Made by a program: the position numbers and the translations under genes. Below are positions 1 through 10,736 of a stretch of 64,000 bases of DNA, piece after piece. Source of the stretch: Clostridia bacterium (lineage in GTDB: Bacteria > Bacillota > Clostridia > TANB77 > CAG-508); NCBI GenBank assembly GCA_900759475.1, contig CAAEVK010000034.1, positions 204 through 64,203 of the forward strand. Reading direction: 5' to 3'. Within the stretch, counting starts at the first letter, position 1. Each line of letters begins with the position of its first letter. A model generated the notes under the pieces. That model made no database searches and was not told where the DNA came from. It saw only the letters and a list, made by a program, of their open reading frames with translations.

Positions 1-1
1 A

Positions 2-652
2 AGTATAGAGGTATCTGTTGAAAAAATAGCAGGAATGTATGTTAGCAAAATATGGATTGCAGATCCTTCGAAGCAAATAAAGAAAATTGACAATTATGCT
101 GAAATTGGAGATACCTTGTCTAACATACCAAAAGTGATTATTGGAAGTAATGGTGGATACTTTAGTTCAGCAGATTCTCATGTTGGAAGGGCAATTATAA
201 CAGAGGGAAGGATTATAAGTACTAGTAAAGAAAATAATACTCAGATAATGGGAATTTACAGAAATGGAAAATTAGTTTATAATGAAATAAAAAATAAGAC
301 AGCCCAAGAGATGGTAAACATGGGGATAGTTAATACATTTGGTGCATGGCCAGGAGCACTCATCGAAAATGGGGAATATAATTCAGCGTGGGTCAATGTA
401 GATAATGGAAAGGTTAACCACAGAACTGCAGTAGGACAAATTAATGAGAATAATTATATTATTATTATAAACTGTGATAATAGGCTATCTTATGCAGGTT
501 TAGCTCAAATGGGGCAAAGATTAGATTGTCAATTTTTATTCAATATAGATGGTGGGGGATCTACACAACTTTGGATGCAAAATGAATATATAAAGCGCTC
601 TTATGAATATAGAAAAGTTGCAGATGTATTGTATTTTACAACATTAGAATAG
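2..652 (+). CDS. phosphodiester glycosidase (DUF2233/NAGPA-like) family protein, 5' end outside window
   Basis: Frame is open from base 2 to the TAG at 650-652. C-terminal FNIDGGGST motif is typical of this family. Followed by a strong hairpin terminator. Confidence 0.6.
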   Translation, partial: SIEVSVEKIAGMYVSKIWIADPSKQIKKIDNYAEIGDTLSNIPKVIIGSNGGYFSSADSHVGRAIITEGRIISTSKENNTQIMGIYRNGKLVYNEIKNKTAQEMVNMGIVNTFGAWPGALIENGEYNSAWVNVDNGKVNHRTAVGQINENNYIIIINCDNRLSYAGLAQMGQRLDCQFLFNIDGGGSTQLWMQNEYIKRSYEYRKVADVLYFTTLE

Positions 653-659
653 TTAAAAA

Positions 660-690
660 ATAGGTAAGAAAAAAACTTACCTATTTTTTT
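660..690 (+). terminator. rho-independent terminator
   Basis: ATAGGTAAG-aaaaaaa-CTTACCTAT hairpin followed by a T7 run. Confidence 0.85.
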
Positions 691-698
691 GTAAAAAT

Positions 699-727
699 TT
701 GACAAATCCAATAATTCAATGTAAAAT
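699..727 (+). promoter_or_regulatory. sigma-A type promoter candidate for the glycosyltransferase operon
   Basis: TTGACA (699-704), 17 nt spacer, TAAAAT (722-727), just upstream of the 751 start. Confidence 0.55.
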
Positions 728-750
728 AAGGAAAGAAAGTTTTTAAGGAA

Positions 751-1845
751 ATGAAAAGAATGAAGAAATTATTTTTTGCAGCGTATTCATTAGATATTGG
801 AGGAATTGAAACAGCATTAGTTACTTTATTAAATTGTTTGAGTAAGAAATATGCAATTACGCTTTGTTTAGAAAAAAAAGAAGGTATATTTTTAGATGAA
901 ATTAGTAAAAATGTAGAAGTAATAGAATATACACCAAACAATTCTAAAAATATTTTTTTTCGAAAATTTTGGAATATGACAAAAAGAATTAGATTTATTT
1001 TAACATATAGGAATAAATTCGATTTTTCTGTATGTTATGCTACTTATTCACATACTTGTAATTTTACCGGAAAGGTAGCAAGTAAAAATTCTGCTTTATG
1101 GGTACACTCGGACTATTTAACTATTTTTAAAAATGACGAAAAAAAGATGAAAAAATTTTTTAAAAAATTAAATTATTCCCAATATCAAAATATTGTTTTT
1201 GTATCACAACAGGCGAAACGACACTTTGACCAAATAATAAAATTTCAAAATACAGTTACTATTTATAATTTAATTAATACAAAAAAAATGTTAAAACAAG
1301 TTGAGGAGCCAATTGCCTATAAAAAAGACTTAAAAACTGTTACTTTTTTAAATATAGGAAGACACGAGGAAGTTGCTAAAAAGTTAACGCGCTTAATAGA
1401 AGCTTCTAAAAAACTAAAAAATGATGGTTACTCTTTTCGAATATTATTGGTGGGAGAAGGACAAGATACTATAAAATATAAAGAACTAGTAAAAAAATAT
1501 CATTTAGAAAAAGAAATATTATTTTTAGGAAAACAAAAAAACCCATATCCATATTTTAAGATAAGTGATTGTTTGGTATTAACATCTGACTATGAGGGAT
1601 ATCCTGTGGTATATCAAGAAGCTTTTGTGTTGGGTTTACCAATAATCACAACAGAAGTTTCAGATAGTAAACAGATAATAGAAAATAAATATGGAATTGT
1701 AACAAAAAAAAACGTAGAAGATGTTTATTGCGCAATGAAGCAATTTTGTGAAAACGGATATGCTATAAAAGAAAATTTTGATACAGAAAAATTTAATCAA
1801 GAACAATTAAAAAAAATAGAAAAACTAATAGAAGAACGCAAGTAA
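751..1845 (+). CDS. GT4-family glycosyltransferase
   Basis: 364 aa ORF. N-terminal SLDIGGIETA and C-terminal EGYPVVYQEAFVLGLPIITT (the E-x7-E region of GT4/GT-B enzymes). Confidence 0.8.
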   Translation: MKRMKKLFFAAYSLDIGGIETALVTLLNCLSKKYAITLCLEKKEGIFLDEISKNVEVIEYTPNNSKNIFFRKFWNMTKRIRFILTYRNKFDFSVCYATYSHTCNFTGKVASKNSALWVHSDYLTIFKNDEKKMKKFFKKLNYSQYQNIVFVSQQAKRHFDQIIKFQNTVTIYNLINTKKMLKQVEEPIAYKKDLKTVTFLNIGRHEEVAKKLTRLIEASKKLKNDGYSFRILLVGEGQDTIKYKELVKKYHLEKEILFLGKQKNPYPYFKISDCLVLTSDYEGYPVVYQEAFVLGLPIITTEVSDSKQIIENKYGIVTKKNVEDVYCAMKQFCENGYAIKENFDTEKFNQEQLKKIEKLIEERK

Positions 1846-1909
1846 TTTTGATATAAAAACATCTGTGCTAATGAAAATAGATAAACAGTAAAAAAAGGAA
1901 TGTTAGAAA

Positions 1910-2852
1910 ATGAAAGTAACAATTATTGTTCCAGTATATAATACAGAAAAAGACTTAAACAAGACTTTAGACAGCCTTGTAAATCAAACATATCCGAATA
2001 TTGAGATTTTAATTATTAATGATGGTTCTACAGATAATTCGGAGAAGATTATTCAGCAATATCAAGAAAAATATAAAAATATTGTTTATTATGCAAAATC
2101 TAATACTGGAGTAGCAGATACTAGAAATTTTGGAATTCGGCAAAGCAACAGGAGATTATATATTATTTGTAGATTCGGATGATTATATTAATCTTAATTT
2201 ATTAACTTATTTAAGTTACTACATGGAACAACAAATTGATTTAATTAAATTTAAATTAAATAGAGTAAATCAGAAGGGGGAGATAATAGAAAAAATAAAA
2301 GGGGCTGTTTTTGAAAAAACAGATGGACAAACAGCATTTGATCAACTATATGGTACTGATATATTACTAGATTCACCTTGTATTTACTTATATAAAAAAG
2401 ATTATCTATTACGTAATGGGTTTCAGTTTCAAGTTGGTACATATCATGAAGATTTTGGCTTAATTCCACTAGTTGTTGTAAGGGCAAAAAGTGTTATTTC
2501 ATTAGATTATGAGGGATATTATTATATACAAAGTGAAAATAGTATTACAAGAAATGAAGATTACAATAAAACAATTAAAAAAATGAGAGATAGTTTATTA
2601 CAGTATGACAATATGTTACAAAGAATACAACAATATAATCTAAGGAAAAGAACAAAAGAAAATGTAAAAATATATTATACAAATGCAATTATTTTGAAAC
2701 TAAAAGAACTAAAAGAAGAAGATAAAAAAATTTTTATTCATGAAATAAAACAAAGAAGAATGATTTCAAATATTAAAGTAAGAAATTTAAAACAACTTTT
2801 TAAAAAGATAATTCTAGTATGTAATATAAAATTATATTTAAAATTGAAATAG
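1910..2852 (+). CDS. GT2-family glycosyltransferase; needs +1 shift at in-frame CGG 2138
   Basis: Track ORFs 1910..2182 and 2130..2852 join into one GT2 protein (VPVYN...INDGSTD...RNFGI-G-KATGDYILFVDSDDY) when C2138 is skipped. Confidence 0.8.
2138..2141 (+). other. in-frame CGG / +1 frame break (CGGC read as Gly)
   Basis: (2138-1910) is divisible by 3. The downstream ORF is +1. Restored peptide: RNFGI[G]KATGDYILFVDSDD. Confidence 0.8.
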
Positions 2853-2867
2853 AAAGGAAAGAAAAAA

Positions 2868-3830
2868 ATGCCAAAAGTAAGTGTAATTATACCTGTATAT
2901 AATGTTGAGGAATATATTGTAAAGTGTTTATGCTCTACGGTAAATCAAAGCTTACAAGATATAGAATTAATTTTTGTTAATGACGGTTCTACAGATTCTT
3001 CAGAAAAATATATTACAGAATACCAAGAAATTTATCCTAAAAAAGCAATTAAATATTTTAAAAAAGAGAATGGAGGCTTGTCAGATGCAAGAAACTATGG
3101 AATACAACAAGCAACAGGAGAATATATTGCATTTTTAGACTCTGACGATTATGTGGAATTTGAAGCATATGAATATTTATATGAAAAAGCAAAAGAGGGC
3201 GATTACGATATGGTAGAATGCAACTTTTTTTGGAAGTATCCAGACAACAGATTAAAAAAAGATATTGGCTCTATCTATACTACCAAAAAAGAAGCTCTAG
3301 AAAAAGCAAGAGTCGTTGCTTGGAACAAATTATATAAAAGAGAAATTATTACTAATTCTGATGTATTATTCACAAAAGGCATACAATATGAAGATGTAGA
3401 ATTTTTTTATAAAATTTTACCAAAATTAAATAAAATAGGGTTTGTAGAAAAACCACTTGTATATTATATGCAACGAGAAAACTCTATATCAAATACACAA
3501 AATGAAAAAACAAGAGATATTTTTACTGCATTAGGAAATGTTATTCAATATTATAAAGAAAAAGGAATTTATGAAGAGTATAAAGAAGAATTAGAATATA
3601 CGTATACACGATATTTGCTTTGCAGTTCATTAAAAAGAATGGCAAGAGTAGCAGATGAGAACTTAAAAAAACAATTATTTAAAGAAACATGGGAAAACCT
3701 AAATGCAAATTTTCCAGAGTGGAAGAAAAATAGAATTTTAAGAACAGGTTTTTCATGGAAAAAATTATATATGAGAACAACAAATAAATATACCTATAAG
3801 TTGTATACAAGATTATGGGAAGCAAATTAA
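2868..3830 (+). CDS. GT2-family glycosyltransferase
   Basis: VSVIIPVYNVEEYI, VNDGSTDSS, ARNYGIQQATGEYIAFLDSDDY motifs. 320 aa. Confidence 0.85.
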   Translation: MPKVSVIIPVYNVEEYIVKCLCSTVNQSLQDIELIFVNDGSTDSSEKYITEYQEIYPKKAIKYFKKENGGLSDARNYGIQQATGEYIAFLDSDDYVEFEAYEYLYEKAKEGDYDMVECNFFWKYPDNRLKKDIGSIYTTKKEALEKARVVAWNKLYKREIITNSDVLFTKGIQYEDVEFFYKILPKLNKIGFVEKPLVYYMQRENSISNTQNEKTRDIFTALGNVIQYYKEKGIYEEYKEELEYTYTRYLLCSSLKRMARVADENLKKQLFKETWENLNANFPEWKKNRILRTGFSWKKLYMRTTNKYTYKLYTRLWEAN

Positions 3831-3898
3831 AATATAATACTCGGACTACAAGAAAAAGGACAAAACTTAAAAGACAGAAAAAAAGTATAGGAGAGAAA

Positions 3899-4988
3899 AT
3901 GAAAAAAATAGTGTTTGGCATAACTAGTTTAACAATAGGTGGGGCAGAAAGAGTACTAGTAGATATTGCTAATCAATTACAAGAAGACAATATTACAATT
4001 TTTACGATTTATGCAAAAGGAGATTTTGAAAAAAACTTAAATCCCAATATTCAAGTCAAGTCATTATATTCAAAACAATATAATGACTTGACTAAATGGG
4101 AAAAATTATGGATACCTTTGAAGATATTTCTTTTTAGAAAGCAAATTTATAAAAAAACAATTGCTAATTGTTATGACATAGAGGTTGCTTTTTTAGAAGG
4201 ACCTATCACAAGGCTTTTTAGTGTAAAAAATAAAAAAGTAAAAAAAATTGCTTGGATCCATAATGATATTTTACAAGTATTTGGAAAAGGAATAAAAGCA
4301 AAGTGCAAAAAAATATTAGATAAAAATTTATATCAACAATACCAAGAAATTATTTTTGTTAGTAAAGATAATTTAGAAAAGTTCAAAACTACTTATCAAA
4401 CAAATGCAAATACAAGAGTAATTTATAACTATATTAATCCTCAAAATGTTTTAGAAAAAGTAAAAGAAGAAGTAAATATTCATTTTAACAAAGATGTTCC
4501 TAATTTAGTAACTGTAGCAAGACTTGTTGAACAAAAAGCAATTGATAGACTAATTAAAGTACATGCTCAATTAATACAAGAGCAAATAAATCATCATATT
4601 TATGTTATTGGAGATGGACCATTAAAAGAAAAACTGGAAGAACAGATTAGAAAAGCAAATGTTGAAAAAACAATTCACTTATTAGGAAAAAAACAAAACC
4701 CATATCCATATATAAGAATGGCAGATTATTTTTGTTTGTTTTCGTATTTTGAAGGCTATGGAATGGTTTTAGAGGAAGCAAAAATATTGAATAAACCCAT
4801 TTTAATTACAGATACTGCTGCTAGAGAAGCGATTATAGACTATCCAAATTCAAGCATCTTTCCTAACACAGAAGAACGGAATAAAAGAAGGACTAGAGGA
4901 GGTATTAAAAAGCAAAAAAACTTTTTCCATGCAAGCAAAAGAATATGATAATTCACAAATTATAGAACAAATTAAAAAAATATTTTAA
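3899..4988 (+). CDS. GT4-family glycosyltransferase; needs +1 shift at in-frame CGG 4877
   Basis: Start at ATG 3899 (RBS AGGAGAG), N-terminus MKKIVFGITSLTIGGAERV. The 3815 extension in the track is intergenic. EGYGMVLEEA motif. Skipping C4877 replaces a basic nonsense tail with GIKEGLEEVLKS...EQIKKIF and a stop at 4986-4988, just before a hairpin. Confidence 0.75.
4877..4880 (+). other. in-frame CGG / +1 frame break (CGGA read as Gly)
   Basis: (4877-3899) is divisible by 3. Restored peptide: FPNTEE[G]IKEGLEEVLKSKKTFSMQAKEYDNSQIIEQIKKIF*. Confidence 0.65.
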
Positions 4989-4996
4989 TTTATAAC

Positions 4997-5015
4997 GGCA
5001 GGTCTTGTACCTGCC
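4997..5015 (+). terminator. possible terminator hairpin
   Basis: GGCAGG-tcttgta-CCTGCC directly after the corrected stop. The T-run is weak. Confidence 0.45.
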
Positions 5016-5077
5016 TTAAAATATATGTATAATGTAAATAAAATAATTAAAAATAGAATGAAAGGAAAAAATAATAT

Positions 5078-5953
5078 ATGAAAGTATCTGTACTAACACC
5101 AACCTATAATAGAGCTAAAACATTGAGTAAACTATATACAAGTTTAAAAAACAATTTGAAATATGAAGTAGAAATAGAATGGCTTATTATGGATGATGGG
5201 TCAAATGATAACACAAAAGAGATAGTTAAACAATTTGTTGACGAAAATGTTTTCCCTATTCGATATTTTTTTCAAGAGAACCAGGGGAAAATGAGTGCAC
5301 TGAATCATTTAGTGACAGAAGCAACAGGCGAATTTATTATTGAATGTGATTCAGATGATTATCTTACAGATACGGCACTAAAATATATAAAAGAAAAATG
5401 TATTGTGGATGAAAAAATATATGCATATGCATTTTTAAAATATGACCAAGATAATTGCAATATAGGTAGATTATTTAACGTAGATGGTATGGAAAATACA
5501 ATGTTTGACTTGTATTTTAAGCAAGGGGAGGATGGAGAAAAAGCACTTGTTTTTAATACTGCTATTCGCAAAAAATATTGTCACCAATTAGAAGAAAACG
5601 AGAAATTTGTAACAGAAGCTAGACTGTATCACCAAATGGACAAAAATTATCAAATTAAATGCTATAATAAAGCAATTATGATATGTCAATATCAAAAAGA
5701 TGGGTATACTAAAAACATTAAAGAAATTTTCAAAAAAAACCCAAAAGGGTATTATGCTTATTTTAAAGAAATATTTGAGCATAATATGAAAAATGTTTCT
5801 TTTCAAAAAAGATTATATGTAATAAAACATTATATTCTTTTTGCTTATTTATCTGGTGCAAAAAATCCAATAAAACAGATAAGAGGAACTTTTAATAAAA
5901 TTTTATACATAGGATTATATTTACCAGGAAGGTTTTTTTCTAAAAAATTTTGA
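5078..5953 (+). CDS. GT2-family glycosyltransferase
   Basis: VSVLTPTYNRAKTL, MDDGSNDNT, ATGEFIIECDSDDY motifs. 291 aa. Confidence 0.8.
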   Translation: MKVSVLTPTYNRAKTLSKLYTSLKNNLKYEVEIEWLIMDDGSNDNTKEIVKQFVDENVFPIRYFFQENQGKMSALNHLVTEATGEFIIECDSDDYLTDTALKYIKEKCIVDEKIYAYAFLKYDQDNCNIGRLFNVDGMENTMFDLYFKQGEDGEKALVFNTAIRKKYCHQLEENEKFVTEARLYHQMDKNYQIKCYNKAIMICQYQKDGYTKNIKEIFKKNPKGYYAYFKEIFEHNMKNVSFQKRLYVIKHYILFAYLSGAKNPIKQIRGTFNKILYIGLYLPGRFFSKKF

Positions 5954-6003
5954 CAATCATAGGGTTTATGATATAATATAAACTCATACGGTATTAGTTT
6001 AAA

Positions 6004-6753
6004 ATGGAGGCAAAGATGCAAGAAACAGAATATAAAATTGTGGTAGACAACGTATATAAGTCTTTTAATGTGTATTTGGATAAAGCAAATACACTTAAAG
6101 AAAAACTATTATTTTTTACAAGAAATAAAAAAGAAAAAAGAGAAGTTTTAAAAGGAATTAATTTAAAAATAAAACAAGGGGAAGCGGTTGCTTTAATTGG
6201 AGTTAATGGAAGTGGCAAGTCAACCCTTTTAAAACTAATGACTAAAATTATATATCCTAATAAAGGTAAAATTGTTACAAATGGAAAACTGACTTCTATG
6301 CTAGAATTAGGGGCAGGATTTCACCCAGATTTTTCAGGAAGAGAAAATATTTATTTTAATGCCTCTATTTTTGGATTAACAAGAAAGGAAATTGACGAAA
6401 GAATTAATAAAATTATAGAATTTTCTGAACTAGAAGAATTTATTGATAATCCTGTTAGAACATATTCTTCGGGTATGTATATGAGATTAGCTTTTTCGGT
6501 TGCTATTAACGTAGATGCAGATATTTTATTAATTGATGAAATTTTGTCAGTGGGAGACCAGCATTTTCAAGAAAAATGTTTTGCCAAAATGAAAGAATTA
6601 AAAGATGAAGGAAAAACGATGGTTTTTGTTACTCATAGTATGCATTCTGTAAAAGAATTTTGTACAAGAGCTGTATGGTTACATGAAGGTGAGATAAAAA
6701 TGGATGGAGGAACACAAGAGGTTACTGAAGAATATTTAAAAGATACAACATAA
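6004..6753 (+). CDS. polysaccharide/teichoic-acid ABC exporter ATP-binding protein (Wzt/TagH-like)
   Basis: Walker A GVNGSGKST, ABC signature YSSGMYMRLAF, Walker B ILLIDE. Adjacent to an ABC-2 permease. ATG 6016 is an alternative start. Confidence 0.85.
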   Translation: MEAKMQETEYKIVVDNVYKSFNVYLDKANTLKEKLLFFTRNKKEKREVLKGINLKIKQGEAVALIGVNGSGKSTLLKLMTKIIYPNKGKIVTNGKLTSMLELGAGFHPDFSGRENIYFNASIFGLTRKEIDERINKIIEFSELEEFIDNPVRTYSSGMYMRLAFSVAINVDADILLIDEILSVGDQHFQEKCFAKMKELKDEGKTMVFVTHSMHSVKEFCTRAVWLHEGEIKMDGGTQEVTEEYLKDTT

Positions 6754-6788
6754 TACTTTTTGTACATTGGAAAGGAATGAAATAAAAA

Positions 6789-7562
6789 ATGAATATATTT
6801 AAAAATATTTATAATTATAGAGAATTATTAAAAACAAATATAAAAAAAGAAGTAAGGGGAAAATATAAAAATTCAGTTTTAGGTGTATTTTGGTCATTTT
6901 TAAATCCATTGTTACAAATTCTTGTTTATACAATTGTATTTCAAGTAATTTTAAAAAACCCACAAGAAAACTATGTTGTATTCTTGTGTGCTGGTTTAAT
7001 TCCATGGACTTTTTTCTCAACAGCAATATCAAGATCTGCTTTTACTATTATTGAAAATGGTAATATTCTTAAAAAAGTGTATTTTCCAAGGGAAATATTG
7101 CCAATTTCTGTTGTCACCAGTGAAACAATTAACTTTATTATTTCCACAGTTATTATAGTAGGAATTGTTTTAGCAAATGGAATAGGATTTAACATATATA
7201 TGTTATGCTACCCTATTATTTTACTTGCACAATACCTCTTAACTTTAGGGATTTCTTTTGTGTTAGCTGGAATAACAGTTTATTTTAGAGATTTACAACA
7301 TTTAATTGGAATTGCTCTACAACTATTGTTTTATGCTACTCCAATTGTATATTCGGTAGATGGAATACCAGCAAATTTAAGTTGGATTTTGAACTTAAAT
7401 CCAATGACCTATATTATTGATGCATATCGAGATATTTTTTATAATCAAGCAATGCCAAATATTGGAGGACTTTGTTTATTTATAGTAATTGCAATTATAG
7501 GTTGTGCTATAGGCTATGGTATATTTAATAAATTACAAAAAGGATTTGCAGAGGAATTGTAA
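6789..7562 (+). CDS. ABC-2 type polysaccharide exporter permease (Wzm/TagG-like)
   Basis: 257 aa polytopic membrane protein directly downstream of the Wzt-like ATPase. The N-terminal YRELLKTNIKKEVRGKYKNSVLGVFW is typical of ABC-2 permeases. Confidence 0.8.
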   Translation: MNIFKNIYNYRELLKTNIKKEVRGKYKNSVLGVFWSFLNPLLQILVYTIVFQVILKNPQENYVVFLCAGLIPWTFFSTAISRSAFTIIENGNILKKVYFPREILPISVVTSETINFIISTVIIVGIVLANGIGFNIYMLCYPIILLAQYLLTLGISFVLAGITVYFRDLQHLIGIALQLLFYATPIVYSVDGIPANLSWILNLNPMTYIIDAYRDIFYNQAMPNIGGLCLFIVIAIIGCAIGYGIFNKLQKGFAEEL

Positions 7563-7664
7563 AAATGAACCATAGATACAAGCTTTATAGAGGTGGATAT
7601 GAAGAAATTTATACAAAGTACAATAAACGAACTTTAAGCTTGTTATGTAGGAGGAAAAGGAAGA

Positions 7665-9968
7665 ATGAATTTAGAGGAAAAATATTTTGATTATACTGTA
7701 GAACCAGGAAAATTTTTAAAAGAAAATTTATCTATACCGGATGGCAAACCATTAATTAGTATTATAACTGCTTACTATAATTGCAAGGAATATATTATGC
7801 AAACAGCTAATTCTGTTCTTAACCAAACATTTCCACATTGGGAATGGGTTATTGTTAATGATGGTAGTACAGAGGAAGGGACAGAAGAACTACTAAAAGA
7901 GTTAACAAAAAAAGATAAAAGAATTAAAGTATATCATCAAAAAAACCAAGGAAGACTGGTTGCAAGAGATGAAGCGATTGCAAGAACTTCAGCAGATATT
8001 ATTTATATGTTAGATTCAGATGATGTTCTTGATCCAACTTTATTAGAATGTGGCTATTGGACATTGAGGACAAATCCAACAGCTTCTTGGGCATATTGCA
8101 ATTGTGTTAATTTTGACAAAATGGAATTTTTATATAGGCCAGAATTTAATTCAGAACAAGAAAAAAAAGAAAATTTAGTAATTGGAAGTTCATTTATTGT
8201 AAAAAAAGACCTTTTAGAAGTTGGGGGATATAATGTTGTAGACCAAGATGTACACGAGGATTGGCATTTGTGGTTACGTATGTTAGAAAAAGGAAAATTC
8301 CCTGTAAAAATGAATATGTATGGCTTTTGGTATAGGCAAAGAAGTGGAAGCATTCGCCATACAATTAATGGGAATAAATCAAAAGATAAACATGCCAATA
8401 AAGTAATAAAGCAACAAGCAAAAAAAATAAAACATTTTATAGATCCAATAGAGTATCCAGTAAGTAGCCAAGATGGATATTATAGTTATCCAACTAATTT
8501 TGATTGGGACAGAAAACCAATCAACATAAAAGGAGAAAAGATAAATCTTCTTTTAATTGTTCCTTGGTTTGCAATAGGAGGAGCAGATAAATTTAATTAT
8601 GACTTAATTGCAAGACTAGATAAAAATATATACAATATAACAATTATTAGTACAGAGCCTTGTGAATATATATGGAGGCAAAAATTTGAAAAATATGCTA
8701 CCATTTTTGATTTAACAACATTTTTACATAGAAAAAATTGGGCAGCGTTTATTCATTATATAATAAAAACTAGAAACATTGATATTGTAATGCAAACCAA
8801 TAGTTATTATGGTTATTATGTACTACCATGGCTAAAATCTGAATTTCCAGAGGTTGTTTTTACAGATTACGTACACGCACATGACTGGAGTTGGAGAAAT
8901 GGTGGATATGCAAGAGAATCTGTAGCAGTTTCTAATTTTGTAGACAGAACTTTTACTTGTAATCAATATGTTCAAAAAATTATGACAAATGATATGGGAA
9001 GAAAACAAGAAAAATTAAAAACTGTTTACATTGGAGTAACACCAGAAGAGTTTGATGAAACAAAAATAGCAATAGAAGACATACAAGTAAAAAATAAATT
9101 AGAAGGAAAAAAAATAATTCTATTTATTTGTAGAATTGTAGAAATTAAACGACCAATCTTTATTTTAAAAGTATTAGAAAACATATTAAAACAAAACAAG
9201 GACTTTGTATTATTAGTTGTTGGTGATGGAGAACAAATGGCGGAAATGAAAAAAACAGCTAATGTACTTAATTTAAATGATTTTATTATATTTACAGGAA
9301 TGAAGGATAATAATCAAACAAAACAATATTATAAAATGGCAGATGTTACTGTAATTTGCTCTTTTTCAGAAGGAATTGCATTAACTGCTTATGAATCGTT
9401 AGCAATGGGAGTTCCTGTTGTTTCTTCTGATGTGGGAGGACAAAAAGAGTTAATTGATAATACTGTTGGAAGAATAATTCCGCTAATGCAAAATCAAGAA
9501 ACAGATATCTTTAAAAGAAATTATAAACAAGAAGAAATAGAAGAATACACAAAAGCAATCCTTGAAATTACCCTTTCAAAAGACTATAAAAAAATAAAAG
9601 AGAGATGTAGAGAAAAAATAGTAAATAATTTTTCAATTGATAATATGGCAGATACTATGGATAAAGAATTTCAAGAGTTAGTAAAACAAGGTACCAAAAT
9701 AGGACATGACCAAATACAGAATAAAGAATTGTATAAACAATATTTAGTTTTATATAATGTAATTGACCAAAGAAATTACAATATACCAATTGGGGGTATA
9801 ACAGAGAGAAATACAAATTATAGAACAGCAAATTTAAAATCTAGATTATGGAAAAATCCATTTTATCGTGTAGTAGTTAAAATTTTAAAAGGACTAGGAT
9901 TATGGGAACCATTAAAAAAGAGTAAAATAGCAAAAAAAATTAAAAAAATTATTAGAAAGGTAATATAA
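7665..9968 (+). CDS. bifunctional GT2 + GT4 glycosyltransferase (767 aa)
   Basis: N-terminal GT2 motifs (ISIITAYYN, VNDGSTEEG, YMLDSDD). C-terminal GT4 motif (SFSEGIALTAYESLAMGVPVVSSDVGG). Confidence 0.75.
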   Translation: MNLEEKYFDYTVEPGKFLKENLSIPDGKPLISIITAYYNCKEYIMQTANSVLNQTFPHWEWVIVNDGSTEEGTEELLKELTKKDKRIKVYHQKNQGRLVARDEAIARTSADIIYMLDSDDVLDPTLLECGYWTLRTNPTASWAYCNCVNFDKMEFLYRPEFNSEQEKKENLVIGSSFIVKKDLLEVGGYNVVDQDVHEDWHLWLRMLEKGKFPVKMNMYGFWYRQRSGSIRHTINGNKSKDKHANKVIKQQAKKIKHFIDPIEYPVSSQDGYYSYPTNFDWDRKPINIKGEKINLLLIVPWFAIGGADKFNYDLIARLDKNIYNITIISTEPCEYIWRQKFEKYATIFDLTTFLHRKNWAAFIHYIIKTRNIDIVMQTNSYYGYYVLPWLKSEFPEVVFTDYVHAHDWSWRNGGYARESVAVSNFVDRTFTCNQYVQKIMTNDMGRKQEKLKTVYIGVTPEEFDETKIAIEDIQVKNKLEGKKIILFICRIVEIKRPIFILKVLENILKQNKDFVLLVVGDGEQMAEMKKTANVLNLNDFIIFTGMKDNNQTKQYYKMADVTVICSFSEGIALTAYESLAMGVPVVSSDVGGQKELIDNTVGRIIPLMQNQETDIFKRNYKQEEIEEYTKAILEITLSKDYKKIKERCREKIVNNFSIDNMADTMDKEFQELVKQGTKIGHDQIQNKELYKQYLVLYNVIDQRNYNIPIGGITERNTNYRTANLKSRLWKNPFYRVVVKILKGLGLWEPLKKSKIAKKIKKIIRKVI

Positions 9969-9977
9969 TAACTCAAA

Positions 9978-10709
9978 ATGAAAAAAGCTAATCAAAAAAC
10001 AAATTACAAAGCATTAATAGGGAAGCTAATATTTTTAATTATTTTTATAATTATTGCCATTATATTAGTAATAAAATTGTTTCCTTTAATGATGAACTTG
10101 TCAACAGAAACAGGAAAAATAGAATTTAAAGAAAAAATAAGAAGTATGGGATGGAGTGGAGTTTTTCTGCTATTTGGATTACAATTAGCACAAATTATGT
10201 TAATTATATTACCAGGTGAGCCATTAGAAATTTTAGCAGGAATGTGTTACGGAACTTGGGGAGGATTACTATTTATTTTTGCTTCGGTAGCCATTACAAC
10301 CACAGGAATTTATTTTTTAACAGTAAAGTTAGGAAAAAAATTTTTATATAACTTTTTTTCTAAAGAAAAAATAGATAAAATAGAAAATAGTAAACTATTT
10401 AAAAATCCAACTACAATAGAAGCTATTATGTTGATATTATTTTTAATTCCAGGAACGCCAAAAGACTTGCTAACATATATTGGAGCATTATTACCAATGA
10501 AGCCTTTTAAATTTATATTAATTGCAACATTGGCAAGATTTCCTTCTGTTATTTCTTCTACTATGGCAGGAGATACCCTAACTAATGGAGATTGGCATAT
10601 AACAATTTTTATTTATGCAGTTACTTTTTTAATTACAGGAATTTTCCTATATTTTGTTCACAAGAAAAACAAAAAAGCATCAAAAGAAATGATGGATATA
10701 TTAAAATAA
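9978..10709 (+). CDS. TVP38/TMEM64 (DedA-related) family membrane protein
   Basis: 243 aa, multi-TM. Motifs LPGEPLEILAGMCYG and IPGTPKDLLTYIGALLPM are typical of the family. Confidence 0.65.
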   Translation: MKKANQKTNYKALIGKLIFLIIFIIIAIILVIKLFPLMMNLSTETGKIEFKEKIRSMGWSGVFLLFGLQLAQIMLIILPGEPLEILAGMCYGTWGGLLFIFASVAITTTGIYFLTVKLGKKFLYNFFSKEKIDKIENSKLFKNPTTIEAIMLILFLIPGTPKDLLTYIGALLPMKPFKFILIATLARFPSVISSTMAGDTLTNGDWHITIFIYAVTFLITGIFLYFVHKKNKKASKEMMDILK

Positions 10710-10736
10710 CATATTATGTAGAAAGGGAAAGAAAAT

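Noticed and set aside
3815-3898. N-terminal extension of the GT4 ORF (MGSKLKYNTRTTRKR...), which contains an in-frame CGG at 3841.
   Set aside because: It overlaps the end of the preceding GT2 gene, has no RBS, and the family N-terminus begins at ATG 3899 after AGGAGAG. The CGG at 3841 is therefore treated as intergenic.
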